Shown one piece after another: positions 47,863-57,140 of a stretch of 64,000 bases of DNA. The DNA lies in NCBI GenBank assembly GCA_964555935.1, contig CAZKUN010000002.1, positions 3,775 through 67,774 of the forward strand. Direction: 5' to 3'. Under the pieces are notes generated by a model. The model ran no database searches and was not told the origin of the DNA. It saw nothing but the letters and a program-made list of their open reading frames with translations. Origin of the DNA: an uncultured Armatimonadia bacterium. GTDB taxonomy: Bacteria; Armatimonadota; Zipacnadia; Zipacnadales; VGFC01. Made by a program: the position numbers and the translations under genes. The number at the start of each line of letters is the position of its first letter. Positions within the stretch are counted from its first letter, which is position 1.

Positions 47863-48888
47863 ATGCGAGCAGATACCACATCAGTGGGTTTGGTGGCCGC
47901 GGTTGCGGTGGCGGTCTTGGCGTTCGTATGGGTTTCGAGGATCAACGCGCGAGCACAGGGCGGCGCGGGCGACACGACGCCGCCGGGAACAGCCACGGCC
48001 GAAGAGACGCGCGGCGAGTGGCGCGAGTTGACGGCCGAGGAGAAGCGCATCATCGTCGACAAGGGCACCGAGCGCGCGGGCACTGGCGAGTATGACGACC
48101 ACTTCGCCGGAGGGATCTACACGTGCCGGCGCTGCGGAGCGATGTTATACCGCTCAGACGACAAGTTCCGCTCCGACTGCGGCTGGCCGGCGTTTGATGA
48201 CGAGATCCCAGCGGCAGTGACGCAGACGCTGGACAAGGGCGGGGTGCGCACGGAGATCACGTGCGCCAACTGCGAAGGTCACCTCGGGCACGTGTTCACC
48301 GGCGAGGGTCTGACGGCGAAGAACGCCCGGCACTGCGTGAACTCGGCCTCGATGGACTTCGTCCCGGCCGAGGACGTGAAATACGGTCGCGCGATCTTCG
48401 CCGGCGGGTGCTTCTGGGGCGTGGAATACTGGCTCCAGCGCCAGCCGGGCGTGCTGCGGACGACCGCTGGGTACTCGGGCGGGCATACCGAGAACCCAAC
48501 ATACGAAATGATGCACCAGCGCAATTCGGGCCACGCGGAGGCGGTTGAGGTGCTGTATGACCCGGCTCGGGTGACGTATGAGGAACTGGCGAAGGTGTTC
48601 TTCAACACCCACGACCCAACGCAGATCGACGGACAGGGCCCGGACCTCGGCAAGGAGTATCGCTCTGCGATCTTTCACACGAACGAGGATCAGAAGGCCA
48701 TCGCCGAGGGGCTGATCGCCGAGCTTGAGGAGCGAGGGCTGAAGGTCGCCACGCAGGTCGTTGAGGCCGGTCGTTTTTGGACCGGCGAGGACTACCACCA
48801 GGACTGGTACAACAAGAAGGGCACGCCCCCCTCATGCCATAGGTACAGGCCGCTTTGGGAGGAATCAGCCCCAGCAGACGCGGACTGA
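47863..48888 (+). CDS. msrBA: Bifunctional peptide methionine sulfoxide reductase MsrB-MsrA fusion with N-terminal membrane anchor/signal
   Basis: MsrB part has CRRCG...CGWPAF...CANCEGHLGHVF, and MsrA part has GGCFWGVEYW. 341 aa. Confidence 0.85.
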   Translation: MRADTTSVGLVAAVAVAVLAFVWVSRINARAQGGAGDTTPPGTATAEETRGEWRELTAEEKRIIVDKGTERAGTGEYDDHFAGGIYTCRRCGAMLYRSDDKFRSDCGWPAFDDEIPAAVTQTLDKGGVRTEITCANCEGHLGHVFTGEGLTAKNARHCVNSASMDFVPAEDVKYGRAIFAGGCFWGVEYWLQRQPGVLRTTAGYSGGHTENPTYEMMHQRNSGHAEAVEVLYDPARVTYEELAKVFFNTHDPTQIDGQGPDLGKEYRSAIFHTNEDQKAIAEGLIAELEERGLKVATQVVEAGRFWTGEDYHQDWYNKKGTPPSCHRYRPLWEESAPADAD

Positions 48889-50631
48889 CGTCTGGCCCGA
48901 CGGGCAGGCTACCCATAGCCACCGGCCCCAGGGCTCATCGCGGATAACGCTCATAGCGTCGCCGGCTGAGATATTGATGCCGGCGACGTCGCGTTCTACG
49001 GGCACTGTGATGACGCATCCGCCTTCCCAGGCGCACTCGACGGTGAAGCTCACATGCTCGTCTGACGTCTCCACCTTACCGACTCGCGCGCGCGACCGCT
49101 CCAGCCACCATTCGGCCAGCTCATCGTTGCCCATGTGCCGGGCTCTCACTCCGCGCTCGTCGAGCCAGCGGAGGGTCTCGCGGACGGCTTCACGGCATGA
49201 AGCGTAGCGGTGGACGTTGACCGGATGGAAGAACATATCGGCCGTGTGGTGGTATCGAACGGCCATCTCAAGCCCGTTGTGGAGGTGCGTGAAGTCGGTG
49301 GTATCGGTGGGGCCCTCGTAGCCGCACTCGTAGAGCGTGATGGGCTCTGAGATGAACTCCATGCGCTCGTTGCCGCCGCGGTGATCGCGGTAGAGATGGT
49401 AGGGGAAGCTCGTCCCAAAGGAGTAGCCGAGCATGTTGGCGGGGTTGAGGGGCGGCGAGCCCCGGTGAAGCCGCGAGTTGTCCCCGATGCCGCCGGCCTT
49501 GAGCATCCACTCGGCCGGCTCAGTCCACCCGCACCAGTGAACCCAGTGGAAGACGCTCACTTTGGCGCGCTCGCCGTAGGCCTGCTCGTACCACTCGGCT
49601 TGCTGGAGGATCTCGGCCTCGGTGAAGGCGTAGGGGTGCTCGAACCCGCTCTGGAAATCGTAATGCAGCGACGGCTCGTGGCCGTTGGCCTTGAGAGCGT
49701 CGAACTGCTCCTTGCTGACGACGAAGTTGCCCTCTCTGTCGGGCATGAGGTTGAGGTGGTACGGCAGACCGAGGTCGCGCATGAAGTCGCTGGCGGGGAC
49801 TTGGGTGCCCTCCGCCGCCTCACCGTCACCACCCCAGTGGAGCAGCACGTCGGCGGGCTCGCCCGATTCAGCCATCGGCGGAATGGCGGAGATGAGCGGG
49901 TGTCCCGTGCGGGCGATGGCGTCGCGGAGCAAGAAGAGGATCTGGTCAGCATACGGCACCTCGGCCTCGAACTCACGGGCGGGAATCGCGTCGGAGAGCC
50001 GGTAGTAACCATCGCCATCGTAGTCGGCGTCGACGGGCCGGCCATGGTGAGCGATCCACATGTGCTGGGCGACGTCGAAGGCGAAGTAGAGGCAAGCGCC
50101 CTCCCCCACCTCGCGGTAGGCGATGGCGGGCGAGTCGATGTCGGCGAGAGTTGCGAGGACGTCACCGTCTACTACCTTTGCGAGGCGTATCGGAGAGATG
50201 ATCGGCGCGGGGGCATCGGGGTGGAGCGGCCAGATGACGCCTCCGGTCAGGGGGTGGCACTGCCAAAGCACCCCGCCGGACGGAGACCACTCGTCTGGTT
50301 GCTCGATGGGCGGGCCTGTGACGCCAATACCGAACAAGCCATCGAGACCCTCGACGCCGAAGCCGATTAGGAGGCCACCTGCATCGACCCAGGCCGGTAA
50401 CGCGGCGATGGCAGCATCGTCGAGCCACGCTCCCGCCGGTTGGGGGAGGATGAGGGTCGAGAGCCCAGCAAGGGAATCCACGAGAGCGTCGGCCTCGACC
50501 GGCGCGGCGGTGAGTCCGAGCTGATCGAGGATCTCCGCCGTGTAGGCGCTCCAGTGGTTACGCCCGGCGTCGTTGTCGGCGCGGTGGGCGGACGAGGAGA
50601 TTAGATAGGCGGCGTTGAGGGATCGGGACAT
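48865..50631 (-). CDS. Hypothetical protein (N-terminal ThuA/GATase1-like fold suspected), last gene of a six-gene operon
   Basis: 588 aa with a GGAAGGA SD. It starts 2 nt after the DegT-like stop. No confident domain assignment. Confidence 0.5.
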   Translation of the reverse strand: MSRSLNAAYLISSSAHRADNDAGRNHWSAYTAEILDQLGLTAAPVEADALVDSLAGLSTLILPQPAGAWLDDAAIAALPAWVDAGGLLIGFGVEGLDGLFGIGVTGPPIEQPDEWSPSGGVLWQCHPLTGGVIWPLHPDAPAPIISPIRLAKVVDGDVLATLADIDSPAIAYREVGEGACLYFAFDVAQHMWIAHHGRPVDADYDGDGYYRLSDAIPAREFEAEVPYADQILFLLRDAIARTGHPLISAIPPMAESGEPADVLLHWGGDGEAAEGTQVPASDFMRDLGLPYHLNLMPDREGNFVVSKEQFDALKANGHEPSLHYDFQSGFEHPYAFTEAEILQQAEWYEQAYGERAKVSVFHWVHWCGWTEPAEWMLKAGGIGDNSRLHRGSPPLNPANMLGYSFGTSFPYHLYRDHRGGNERMEFISEPITLYECGYEGPTDTTDFTHLHNGLEMAVRYHHTADMFFHPVNVHRYASCREAVRETLRWLDERGVRARHMGNDELAEWWLERSRARVGKVETSDEHVSFTVECAWEGGCVITVPVERDVAGINISAGDAMSVIRDEPWGRWLWVACPSGQTSVRVCWG

Positions 50632-50633
50632 GG

Positions 50634-51785
50634 CTATCCTTCCATCCGGGCGATGACGCGGCGCAGGGCTTCGGCCTTGGCCTGGACGCTCTCCGGCGGC
50701 GCCTCAACGACTCCCGTGTAAATCACGCGCTTGAGGATGTCGGCGGCGACAGGCGTCTCGCAGGCTTCGGCACGGTAATCGCCATCGTAGAGCGGGCAGC
50801 GGACGGGACACGGGTTCTTGTGGTAGGCCGTGGACTTGTGGAAGATCTCAAACTCGGGCGCCGGACGCTCGGTGAAATCGAACCCGAACCCCGCGCCCTC
50901 CTCCGCGCACAGCTCCTTGAAACGCGCGAAGTCGAGCCCGACCTTGTCACCCTCCCAGAGACACGCCCACACGTAGCTGGCCTGCTCGGCGCCATCGGGC
51001 ACCGTGCGGTTGCGGAGCCACTCGCAGGAGCGAATGGCCTCGTTGTAGGTAGCGAGGTTGGCGTTGTACTCGGCCAAGTAATCGGGGAAACGCTCGAGCT
51101 GAGCCAACCCGACAGCGGCGGTGAGTTCGTTCATACGGAAGTTGAGCGTGAGGAACGAGGGGCTCTCGCCCTTGAAGGCCCACTCGTTGTAGAGGCTGTG
51201 GTGGATGTCGTCGCGGTCGGTGACCATGACGCAACCGTCGCCGGTGCAGATGTGCTTGCCTTGCTGGAAGCTGAATACCCCAACGTCGCCGTAGGTCCCG
51301 GAGTGCTTGCCCTTCCAGCGGGCGCCGATGACGTGGGCGCAGTCCTCGATCATGAAGATCCCGTGTTCATCACAGAGAGCGCGGAGCGTGTCGAGTTCGG
51401 CGCACAGGCCCCAGAGATTGGTGACGATGAGCGCCTTGGTGTGCTCGGTGATGGCGGCCTCGACGGCAACGGGATCCAGGAGGTACGTGTCGTAGCGGAC
51501 ATCGACGAAGCGGGGCACGCAGTTGAAGCTCAGCGCGGCGACTCCGCCGAAATGGACCAGCGGGTCGCAGATGACCTCATGCCCGCAGCCCGCGCCGGAG
51601 ATCGCCACCGCTTGGGCGAGGCCCGTCATCGCGGAGTTGCGGCAGATGCCGTGCTTCGATCCCGTGTAGGCGGCGAAAGCCTCGTCGAGCCTGGTCACGT
51701 AGCCGCCCTGACGCCAGCCAAGCTGCTTGCTGTCGAGCACGTCCTGCAGGTACTCCACATCGGTCGAACCGAATACGCGGGCCAT
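50634..51785 (-). CDS. DegT/DnrJ/EryC1/StrS-family PLP-dependent aminotransferase
   Basis: Start at MARVFGSTDVEYLQDVL with an AAGGAG SD (the ORF track extends 117 codons upstream). SFQQGKHI contains the PLP-lysine and has the family's fold-type I layout. Confidence 0.75.
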   Translation of the reverse strand: MARVFGSTDVEYLQDVLDSKQLGWRQGGYVTRLDEAFAAYTGSKHGICRNSAMTGLAQAVAISGAGCGHEVICDPLVHFGGVAALSFNCVPRFVDVRYDTYLLDPVAVEAAITEHTKALIVTNLWGLCAELDTLRALCDEHGIFMIEDCAHVIGARWKGKHSGTYGDVGVFSFQQGKHICTGDGCVMVTDRDDIHHSLYNEWAFKGESPSFLTLNFRMNELTAAVGLAQLERFPDYLAEYNANLATYNEAIRSCEWLRNRTVPDGAEQASYVWACLWEGDKVGLDFARFKELCAEEGAGFGFDFTERPAPEFEIFHKSTAYHKNPCPVRCPLYDGDYRAEACETPVAADILKRVIYTGVVEAPPESVQAKAEALRRVIARMEG

Positions 51786-51801
51786 TGTCGGGATATCTCC
51801 T

Positions 51802-52872
51802 TCAGCGATAGTCCGGGATTTCGACGCGCTCGCCGCCACGGTCGGCTGATAGGTGAGCGCAGATTCCCGGGACGGTGTAATCCATGGACTTCGCGAGGCC
51901 GATCGGCGGCTCAGTGTCGCCCTTGATGCTCTCGACGAAGCCCTCAAGCATGACCTCAATCCAATCGCGGCCGTCGGGGCGCTCGTTCCACTCCATTTGC
52001 AGCTCGCGCCAGCCGCCGCCCTCGCTGTCCTGGTAGATGCGGATCTCGTGTTCCCCAAAGCTGAAGCTGACGCAGCGGAGGCTACCCTTGGTGCCGTAGA
52101 GCCCGAGCATGAACGTGAAGGGGTGCGCGACGCCAAAGCCGTTGGTGAGGGTGATGACGCGTCCGCCCTCGGTCTCCATCACCGCGCTGGCGTAGTCGAT
52201 CGTGCCCGCGGCGTGGAAGGTATGGGGGCCTGTTTGGTAACCGCAGACGGACGTGCAGCGGTCCTGCATGAAGTGCAGCAGCGGCCCGAGGGTGTGGGAG
52301 CAGTATTTGAGCGGGGGGAGGTCGCTTGCGCGCCAGGAGGGCGTCGCCTCGGGATGAGCGTCGCGCGCGGTCCACGGGATGTAGTTGCCGTCCCCTCCGA
52401 TGAGGAACATGCCGCGGCAGTCGTGCGTGTACTCGGATTGGCCTGCGACGATCTCTCCCAACTCGCCAGCGGCGATGATGTCGCCCCAGCGTTGCACCCA
52501 GCCCGTGTAGATGTAATCCTCGGCGAGCATGTACTTGAGACCGGTTCGTTTGACGGCGGCGGCGATGGCGTCGGCTTCGTCGAGCGAGTAGACGCATGGG
52601 GTCTCGCTAATGACATGGACGCCGTGCTCCATGGCCATCAGCGATTGGGGCGCGTGCGCGGGTCCAGGGCTGATGATCGCGACGACGTCGAGATCGGCCT
52701 CGGCGATGAGCTGGCTGTAGTCCGTGTAGCAGGCGAGCCCCGAGAAGGCGTCGAGAGCCGCGGGCTTGGAGTCGCAGACCGCGACGACCTCACAATCGGT
52801 GAGGGCGTTCAGCTTCTCGACGAAGAGCCTTCCCCGTCCGAGTCCGACAACGCCACATCGAAGCGTGTCCAT
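51802..52872 (-). CDS. Gfo/Idh/MocA family oxidoreductase
   Basis: Start at MDTLRCGVVGLGRGRLF with an AGGAG SD. 356 aa. Confidence 0.75.
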   Translation of the reverse strand: MDTLRCGVVGLGRGRLFVEKLNALTDCEVVAVCDSKPAALDAFSGLACYTDYSQLIAEADLDVVAIISPGPAHAPQSLMAMEHGVHVISETPCVYSLDEADAIAAAVKRTGLKYMLAEDYIYTGWVQRWGDIIAAGELGEIVAGQSEYTHDCRGMFLIGGDGNYIPWTARDAHPEATPSWRASDLPPLKYCSHTLGPLLHFMQDRCTSVCGYQTGPHTFHAAGTIDYASAVMETEGGRVITLTNGFGVAHPFTFMLGLYGTKGSLRCVSFSFGEHEIRIYQDSEGGGWRELQMEWNERPDGRDWIEVMLEGFVESIKGDTEPPIGLAKSMDYTVPGICAHLSADRGGERVEIPDYR

Positions 52873-52882
52873 GTCCGGTCTC

Positions 52883-53701
52883 CTAGCGAGCTTCCCAGTC
52901 GCGGCGCACGTCGGCCACCATCGAGATCCGCTCGTCAACATTCGATTCCGGCGGAGAGACCTCCAGCGTCCGGCCGCCTGAGAAATCGCGCGCGTTCAGT
53001 TCGGCGATGACCGGACCGAGGTCCACACAGCCCTCGCCCGGGATGTAGTGATCGCGGTTATCCGCGTCGACGTCGTGCAAGTGCAACGAGAAGAGCTTGC
53101 CCGAGTCGAGCGCGGTCTTGGTTTCGGACAACACGTCCAGACCCGCTTGGACTGTATGCCCGACATCGTGGCAGACGCCGACGTGGTCGCCAAGACCGCC
53201 AATCATGTTCAGAATCCCGCCGATCGTCGCGGCCGGGCTGGGCTCCTTGCCGAGGTTCTCTACGGCCATCCGGAGCCCTTCCTGGCCCGCCCGATCGGCG
53301 AGGCGCTTGAGGGATTCGACCGACCGAGCGCGCAGCGCATCCCAGGAGTCGCCCTCAGGCAGCGACCAGACGCTCGTCGGATGGATGATGATCTCCGGGA
53401 TGCCACTGGCGACCATCTTCTCGAAACAGGCCAGCTCGACGTCGATGGACGCCTGCCGAGCGGCACCGTCCGCGATGTCGAGATGCCGGCCCGCCTCGGG
53501 GCTGTGGATTGAGGGAACGGCCAGTCCTGCGGTGGCCAGGCGCTGGCACGTTGCCACGGGGTCTGCCTCCCACGCCTCAACGATCGGGCAGTAGTCGGCG
53601 GAGAGTTCCACGTCTCTGAAGCCGGCGGCGACGACTTTCTCGATAGCTTCGTCCATTGGGGTTCGCGATACCAGCCACGTCGATAGTCCGTATGTTGCCA
53701 C
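52883..53701 (-). CDS. Sugar phosphate isomerase/epimerase (xylose isomerase-like TIM barrel; IolE/MocC-like)
   Basis: 272 aa with AP-endonuclease-2-like composition (LHLHDVDADNRDHYIPGEG). Confidence 0.7.
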   Translation of the reverse strand: MATYGLSTWLVSRTPMDEAIEKVVAAGFRDVELSADYCPIVEAWEADPVATCQRLATAGLAVPSIHSPEAGRHLDIADGAARQASIDVELACFEKMVASGIPEIIIHPTSVWSLPEGDSWDALRARSVESLKRLADRAGQEGLRMAVENLGKEPSPAATIGGILNMIGGLGDHVGVCHDVGHTVQAGLDVLSETKTALDSGKLFSLHLHDVDADNRDHYIPGEGCVDLGPVIAELNARDFSGGRTLEVSPPESNVDERISMVADVRRDWEAR

Positions 53702-53712
53702 ATGGGCCTCCC

Positions 53713-55149
53713 TCAGATTGCGCTGCTGTTCAGGTTCCTTTTCGCGTCGGCAAGAACGTCGTCAATCCCCTGTTGCAGGGGGTCTTCCAGGCGGTAGTCA
53801 TGGCTCGCGACCAGGTCGCAGACCATCTGGTGGGCGCGCTCGCGAGTACGGGGCCCGCCCTTCTGTTTCCACGCGTTGACGAAGTCGCGCTCGAAGAGCG
53901 ACGGATGCCAGTAGACGTCGCGGTATTCGTTCAGCGTGCTGTCGAGCGCGGCGAAGCTGCCCTGTTCCAGCGCTTCGGCGACCTCGGCCACGCAGGCGTC
54001 GACATCGCCGCCTGAGTCGAAGCCTCGTAACAACCGCTCCACATGATCCTTGATCTCAATATCGTAGAGGAGCTGCTCCGGGCTGAAGATCTCGTCGAGA
54101 CTCAGCGAGCCGCCGGAGCCGAAGTGCCGCCCGCCAAGCGTTGCCCCGATGCTCATGGCGCTCGCCTTCTCCGAGCAGCTCTGCGCGCCGGGCAACTTGG
54201 CGTTGGTGTGGAAGGCCGACGTGCCAGGGCGCCACGGGTGGCCCTTCAGGAACGCGGTCACCTCGTTGCCCATGAGTTCCAGGAGAAGGCTCTCGGGCGA
54301 GCCGAACACCATCGCCATCGATCCAAGATCGATCGGGAACAGGTTCGCGTGCCAGTTGACGGGGAGATCGACGATCTCGCGGACCAGGATCGCGGAGCCG
54401 ATGACCTCCGCCGCGGAGAGCGCGAAGGCGTGGCGCGCGTTGATCGACGCGGTGAGCCCAACGGAGGGCATGGAGCTGACGCCGAAGGCATCGAGGCGGC
54501 CTCGATGCTCGAGGACGCAGCGCAATGACTCGCCGCAGAGCGTCAGCGGGCTGAAGACGTAGACGGGCAGGTGGCGAACGGGGTGGCCGAGGATATCGGC
54601 CATCTCGAAGACGTAGGGCATGCTCTCGCCGGCCTTTGCGTCGATCGGACGCTTGCCCTGGCGGGAGTAGGTCGCCGCAACCCAGTACTGAATGACCGGC
54701 TGGAGCGCGGGCGGGGCGTCAGACGGGGTGCCCGGCGGGCTGGAGGCGACGCCCCGGTCGTGGAGGACGTCGACGAGCTTGACGGCTTCGATGAGCCGGT
54801 CGGTGGTGAAGGGCACAATGGCATCGGCGTCGAGGTCGTGGACCTGGAGCGGGTACTGGATCGTGGACAGGCGAATCGGCTCATCGGCCGGCGGCGACTC
54901 CGGGTTCTCGGTGAACGCGTTGCCATTACGTTCCCGCTCCTCGCTCAGGAACGCTCGGACGGTATCGCTTCCGAGGAGCACGCGGTCGCCGCGTTCGGTG
55001 AAGCCGGCTGAGGCGAGTTGGCCGCGTAGCGCATCGTCGATGACGCGAATGCCGTGCGTCTCCAGGATTCGGAGCAGCGCCCCCTCGATCATGTCGAGGT
55101 CATCGATGCTGAGGAGGGTGTTGCGGGTCAGTTGCAGTCCGGCGGACAT
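53713..55149 (-). CDS. MttB-superfamily (trimethylamine/quaternary-amine methyltransferase-like) protein, non-pyrrolysine
   Basis: 478 aa. The N-terminus (LSIDDLDMIEGALLRILETHGIRV) matches the MttB-family start, and length and composition fit. There is no in-frame TAG. Confidence 0.55.
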   Translation of the reverse strand: MSAGLQLTRNTLLSIDDLDMIEGALLRILETHGIRVIDDALRGQLASAGFTERGDRVLLGSDTVRAFLSEERERNGNAFTENPESPPADEPIRLSTIQYPLQVHDLDADAIVPFTTDRLIEAVKLVDVLHDRGVASSPPGTPSDAPPALQPVIQYWVAATYSRQGKRPIDAKAGESMPYVFEMADILGHPVRHLPVYVFSPLTLCGESLRCVLEHRGRLDAFGVSSMPSVGLTASINARHAFALSAAEVIGSAILVREIVDLPVNWHANLFPIDLGSMAMVFGSPESLLLELMGNEVTAFLKGHPWRPGTSAFHTNAKLPGAQSCSEKASAMSIGATLGGRHFGSGGSLSLDEIFSPEQLLYDIEIKDHVERLLRGFDSGGDVDACVAEVAEALEQGSFAALDSTLNEYRDVYWHPSLFERDFVNAWKQKGGPRTRERAHQMVCDLVASHDYRLEDPLQQGIDDVLADAKRNLNSSAI

Positions 55150-55153
55150 GCCA

Positions 55154-56818
55154 TCATTCCTCGTCGAGTTTGAGGAGCATCACATCGTCGTACCAGACAG
55201 CATCCTCGTCCGAGCGCTGTCCACGGGCGCCCAAGAGCACCACGAGCCTCCCCGCGCCCTCGGGAACCGTCGCGACGCCCGCGATCTCCGCCCAGTCGTC
55301 GCCGGTAGCGGGGGCATCGAAGGTCCTGTCCAGCGTCTCCGCGTGCCACTTGGTGTCGGCGGTCTGCCAGCGGATGCGGATGGAGGCATCGCCGAAGCCT
55401 TGCCGGCGGACCTTCGCGAGAATGGCGTAGCGCTCGCCGGGCTGGGCGGGGACCGATTGCAGGAAGCACCCGTTTTCGACCTTCGACATCCGGGCCGCCC
55501 CGGCATCGCGATCCCAGGTCGCCGCGCCGTCTGACTTCTTCTCGTCTTGCCAGAAACTCCAGCCGGCGGGGTAGCCGCCGTCCGAATACTGGGCCGTTGA
55601 GCCGTCCGGTCGAGTCACGTTCTCGTCGGCGAAACTCGCGTTCAGGAGCAGGCTCTGCAGCGCGTCCCCGGCGTCGGCGATCTTCCTCCGGGCGAAGCTC
55701 ATCGGGTCGACCGCGGAGTTGAGCGCATCCGCAATCCCTGGCATCGCGTCCCACCAGCGCTGGGCGTTCGCGCGGTCGTGAGGCGTCTCCCACCAGCTTG
55801 CTTTCTCGCCGTAAACCCACACGTACTCATCCGCGACCCGGAGGGCGGTCTCGACGTTCCGTCTGAGGTTCGCGACGCGCGACAGCTCGCCGGGGTCGAC
55901 GTACCAGGGCGACTCAGGCGGATTCATGTGGGCGTCGAGGTAGATGCCGAAGCTCGCCTGGACCTGGGCGCGGTACTTGTAGCGGTTCTCGGGCGAGACG
56001 AGTCGCTGGCAGATGCCCTTGATCCGGTTGGCCGCGTTGAGATACTGGCTCTCGCTGTTGAAGCGGTACGCGCCCTCGCAACCGTCGACAAACGTCATCT
56101 CGGGTGGGGCGACGTCGAGCCAGCCATTGATGAACGCTGGGTAGAGGCCGTAGCCGCTGCCGGCCAGCGCGCGCGATGGATCGTTGCGCTCGGCGTCGTG
56201 CCCATTGACCGAGAGCATGAAGTAGCAGAAAAGGGTGAGGTCGGGGTACTCTTCGGCGACTGCGCTCATGACCTCACGACCGCGTTGGCGCGCCATCGTC
56301 GTGTACTCGGCGAAGGTGTGGTCACCCGCGCCGGCCTGAGAGGTGTAGCCGAACTGGCGGTGTGGCGGTCGGTAGGGCTCGGGATCGAAGAGGATGCCCC
56401 TCATGTCGCCGACCTTCGCCAGTCGAGCCGCGGTTCGCCAGTGATCGACGATTTGGACCCAGGCCGCGTCGTCGAACCAGTCGACATCGCCGGGATTGGC
56501 GTTGATGGACAGGAAGCTCTTCAACGGACGATCGAAGGTGCAGGCCTTGAGGTTCTCTTCGAGGAGACCGAGGGCCTCAGCATCCCACACGTCGGGCGTG
56601 AAAGCGTTCGTGAAGTAGGGCTTATTGCCCGTGCCCGTGAAGCGCACGACGATGCCCTGGAACGGCGACTCTTCGACGTCGGACAGCACGGTTCGCAGGC
56701 GCTGGGGATTGGGAGAGTCCCACCCCGTGGCAATGAGCTTCTTGGCCGGAGCCTGTGCCTGAAGCGACGCTGACAGCAGCGCCACCACCACGGTGGTCAG
56801 AACGACAGGTCGCTTCAT
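55154..56818 (-). CDS. Secreted hypothetical protein, first gene of the six-gene operon
   Basis: Start at MKRPVVLTTVVVALLSASLQAQA with an AGGAG SD (the ORF track extends 49 codons upstream). 554 aa. Possible carbohydrate-active enzyme with a C-terminal beta-sandwich. Confidence 0.55.
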   Translation of the reverse strand: MKRPVVLTTVVVALLSASLQAQAPAKKLIATGWDSPNPQRLRTVLSDVEESPFQGIVVRFTGTGNKPYFTNAFTPDVWDAEALGLLEENLKACTFDRPLKSFLSINANPGDVDWFDDAAWVQIVDHWRTAARLAKVGDMRGILFDPEPYRPPHRQFGYTSQAGAGDHTFAEYTTMARQRGREVMSAVAEEYPDLTLFCYFMLSVNGHDAERNDPSRALAGSGYGLYPAFINGWLDVAPPEMTFVDGCEGAYRFNSESQYLNAANRIKGICQRLVSPENRYKYRAQVQASFGIYLDAHMNPPESPWYVDPGELSRVANLRRNVETALRVADEYVWVYGEKASWWETPHDRANAQRWWDAMPGIADALNSAVDPMSFARRKIADAGDALQSLLLNASFADENVTRPDGSTAQYSDGGYPAGWSFWQDEKKSDGAATWDRDAGAARMSKVENGCFLQSVPAQPGERYAILAKVRRQGFGDASIRIRWQTADTKWHAETLDRTFDAPATGDDWAEIAGVATVPEGAGRLVVLLGARGQRSDEDAVWYDDVMLLKLDEE

Positions 56819-57140
56819 GGTTTCACGCTCCTGTTGGCGTCGGCATTGTCGGCGGGCCCTTCCGCGCGCGTGGTCGGGGCTCCTGCCGGGCACGGAGGTT
56901 AGCCTGCCGTCCGCAGTGTTCTCCGGAACAGCAACGCAGATTCGCACCCCAGGAGAGATGACCATGGCGGTCCGTCTTCATGTAGCAGCCGCGCGCAGCA
57001 GTTCAGCCGAGGATTTCTGAGCGGCATTCGAGGCCAAGTTCGGCGAGCGCTTCGAGAACGCCGAGATCGTCTCCGAGGGTGGCTGGCAGTACTTCGTCGG
57101 GAGCGTCTGGTCTGTCGGCGGAAGTGAACTGGACGAGGCA

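Noticed and set aside
57018-57020. Selenocysteine at the in-frame TGA
   Set aside because: No convincing SECIS-like hairpin is visible immediately downstream, and no selenoprotein family context is present. Kept only as an open question in the findings.
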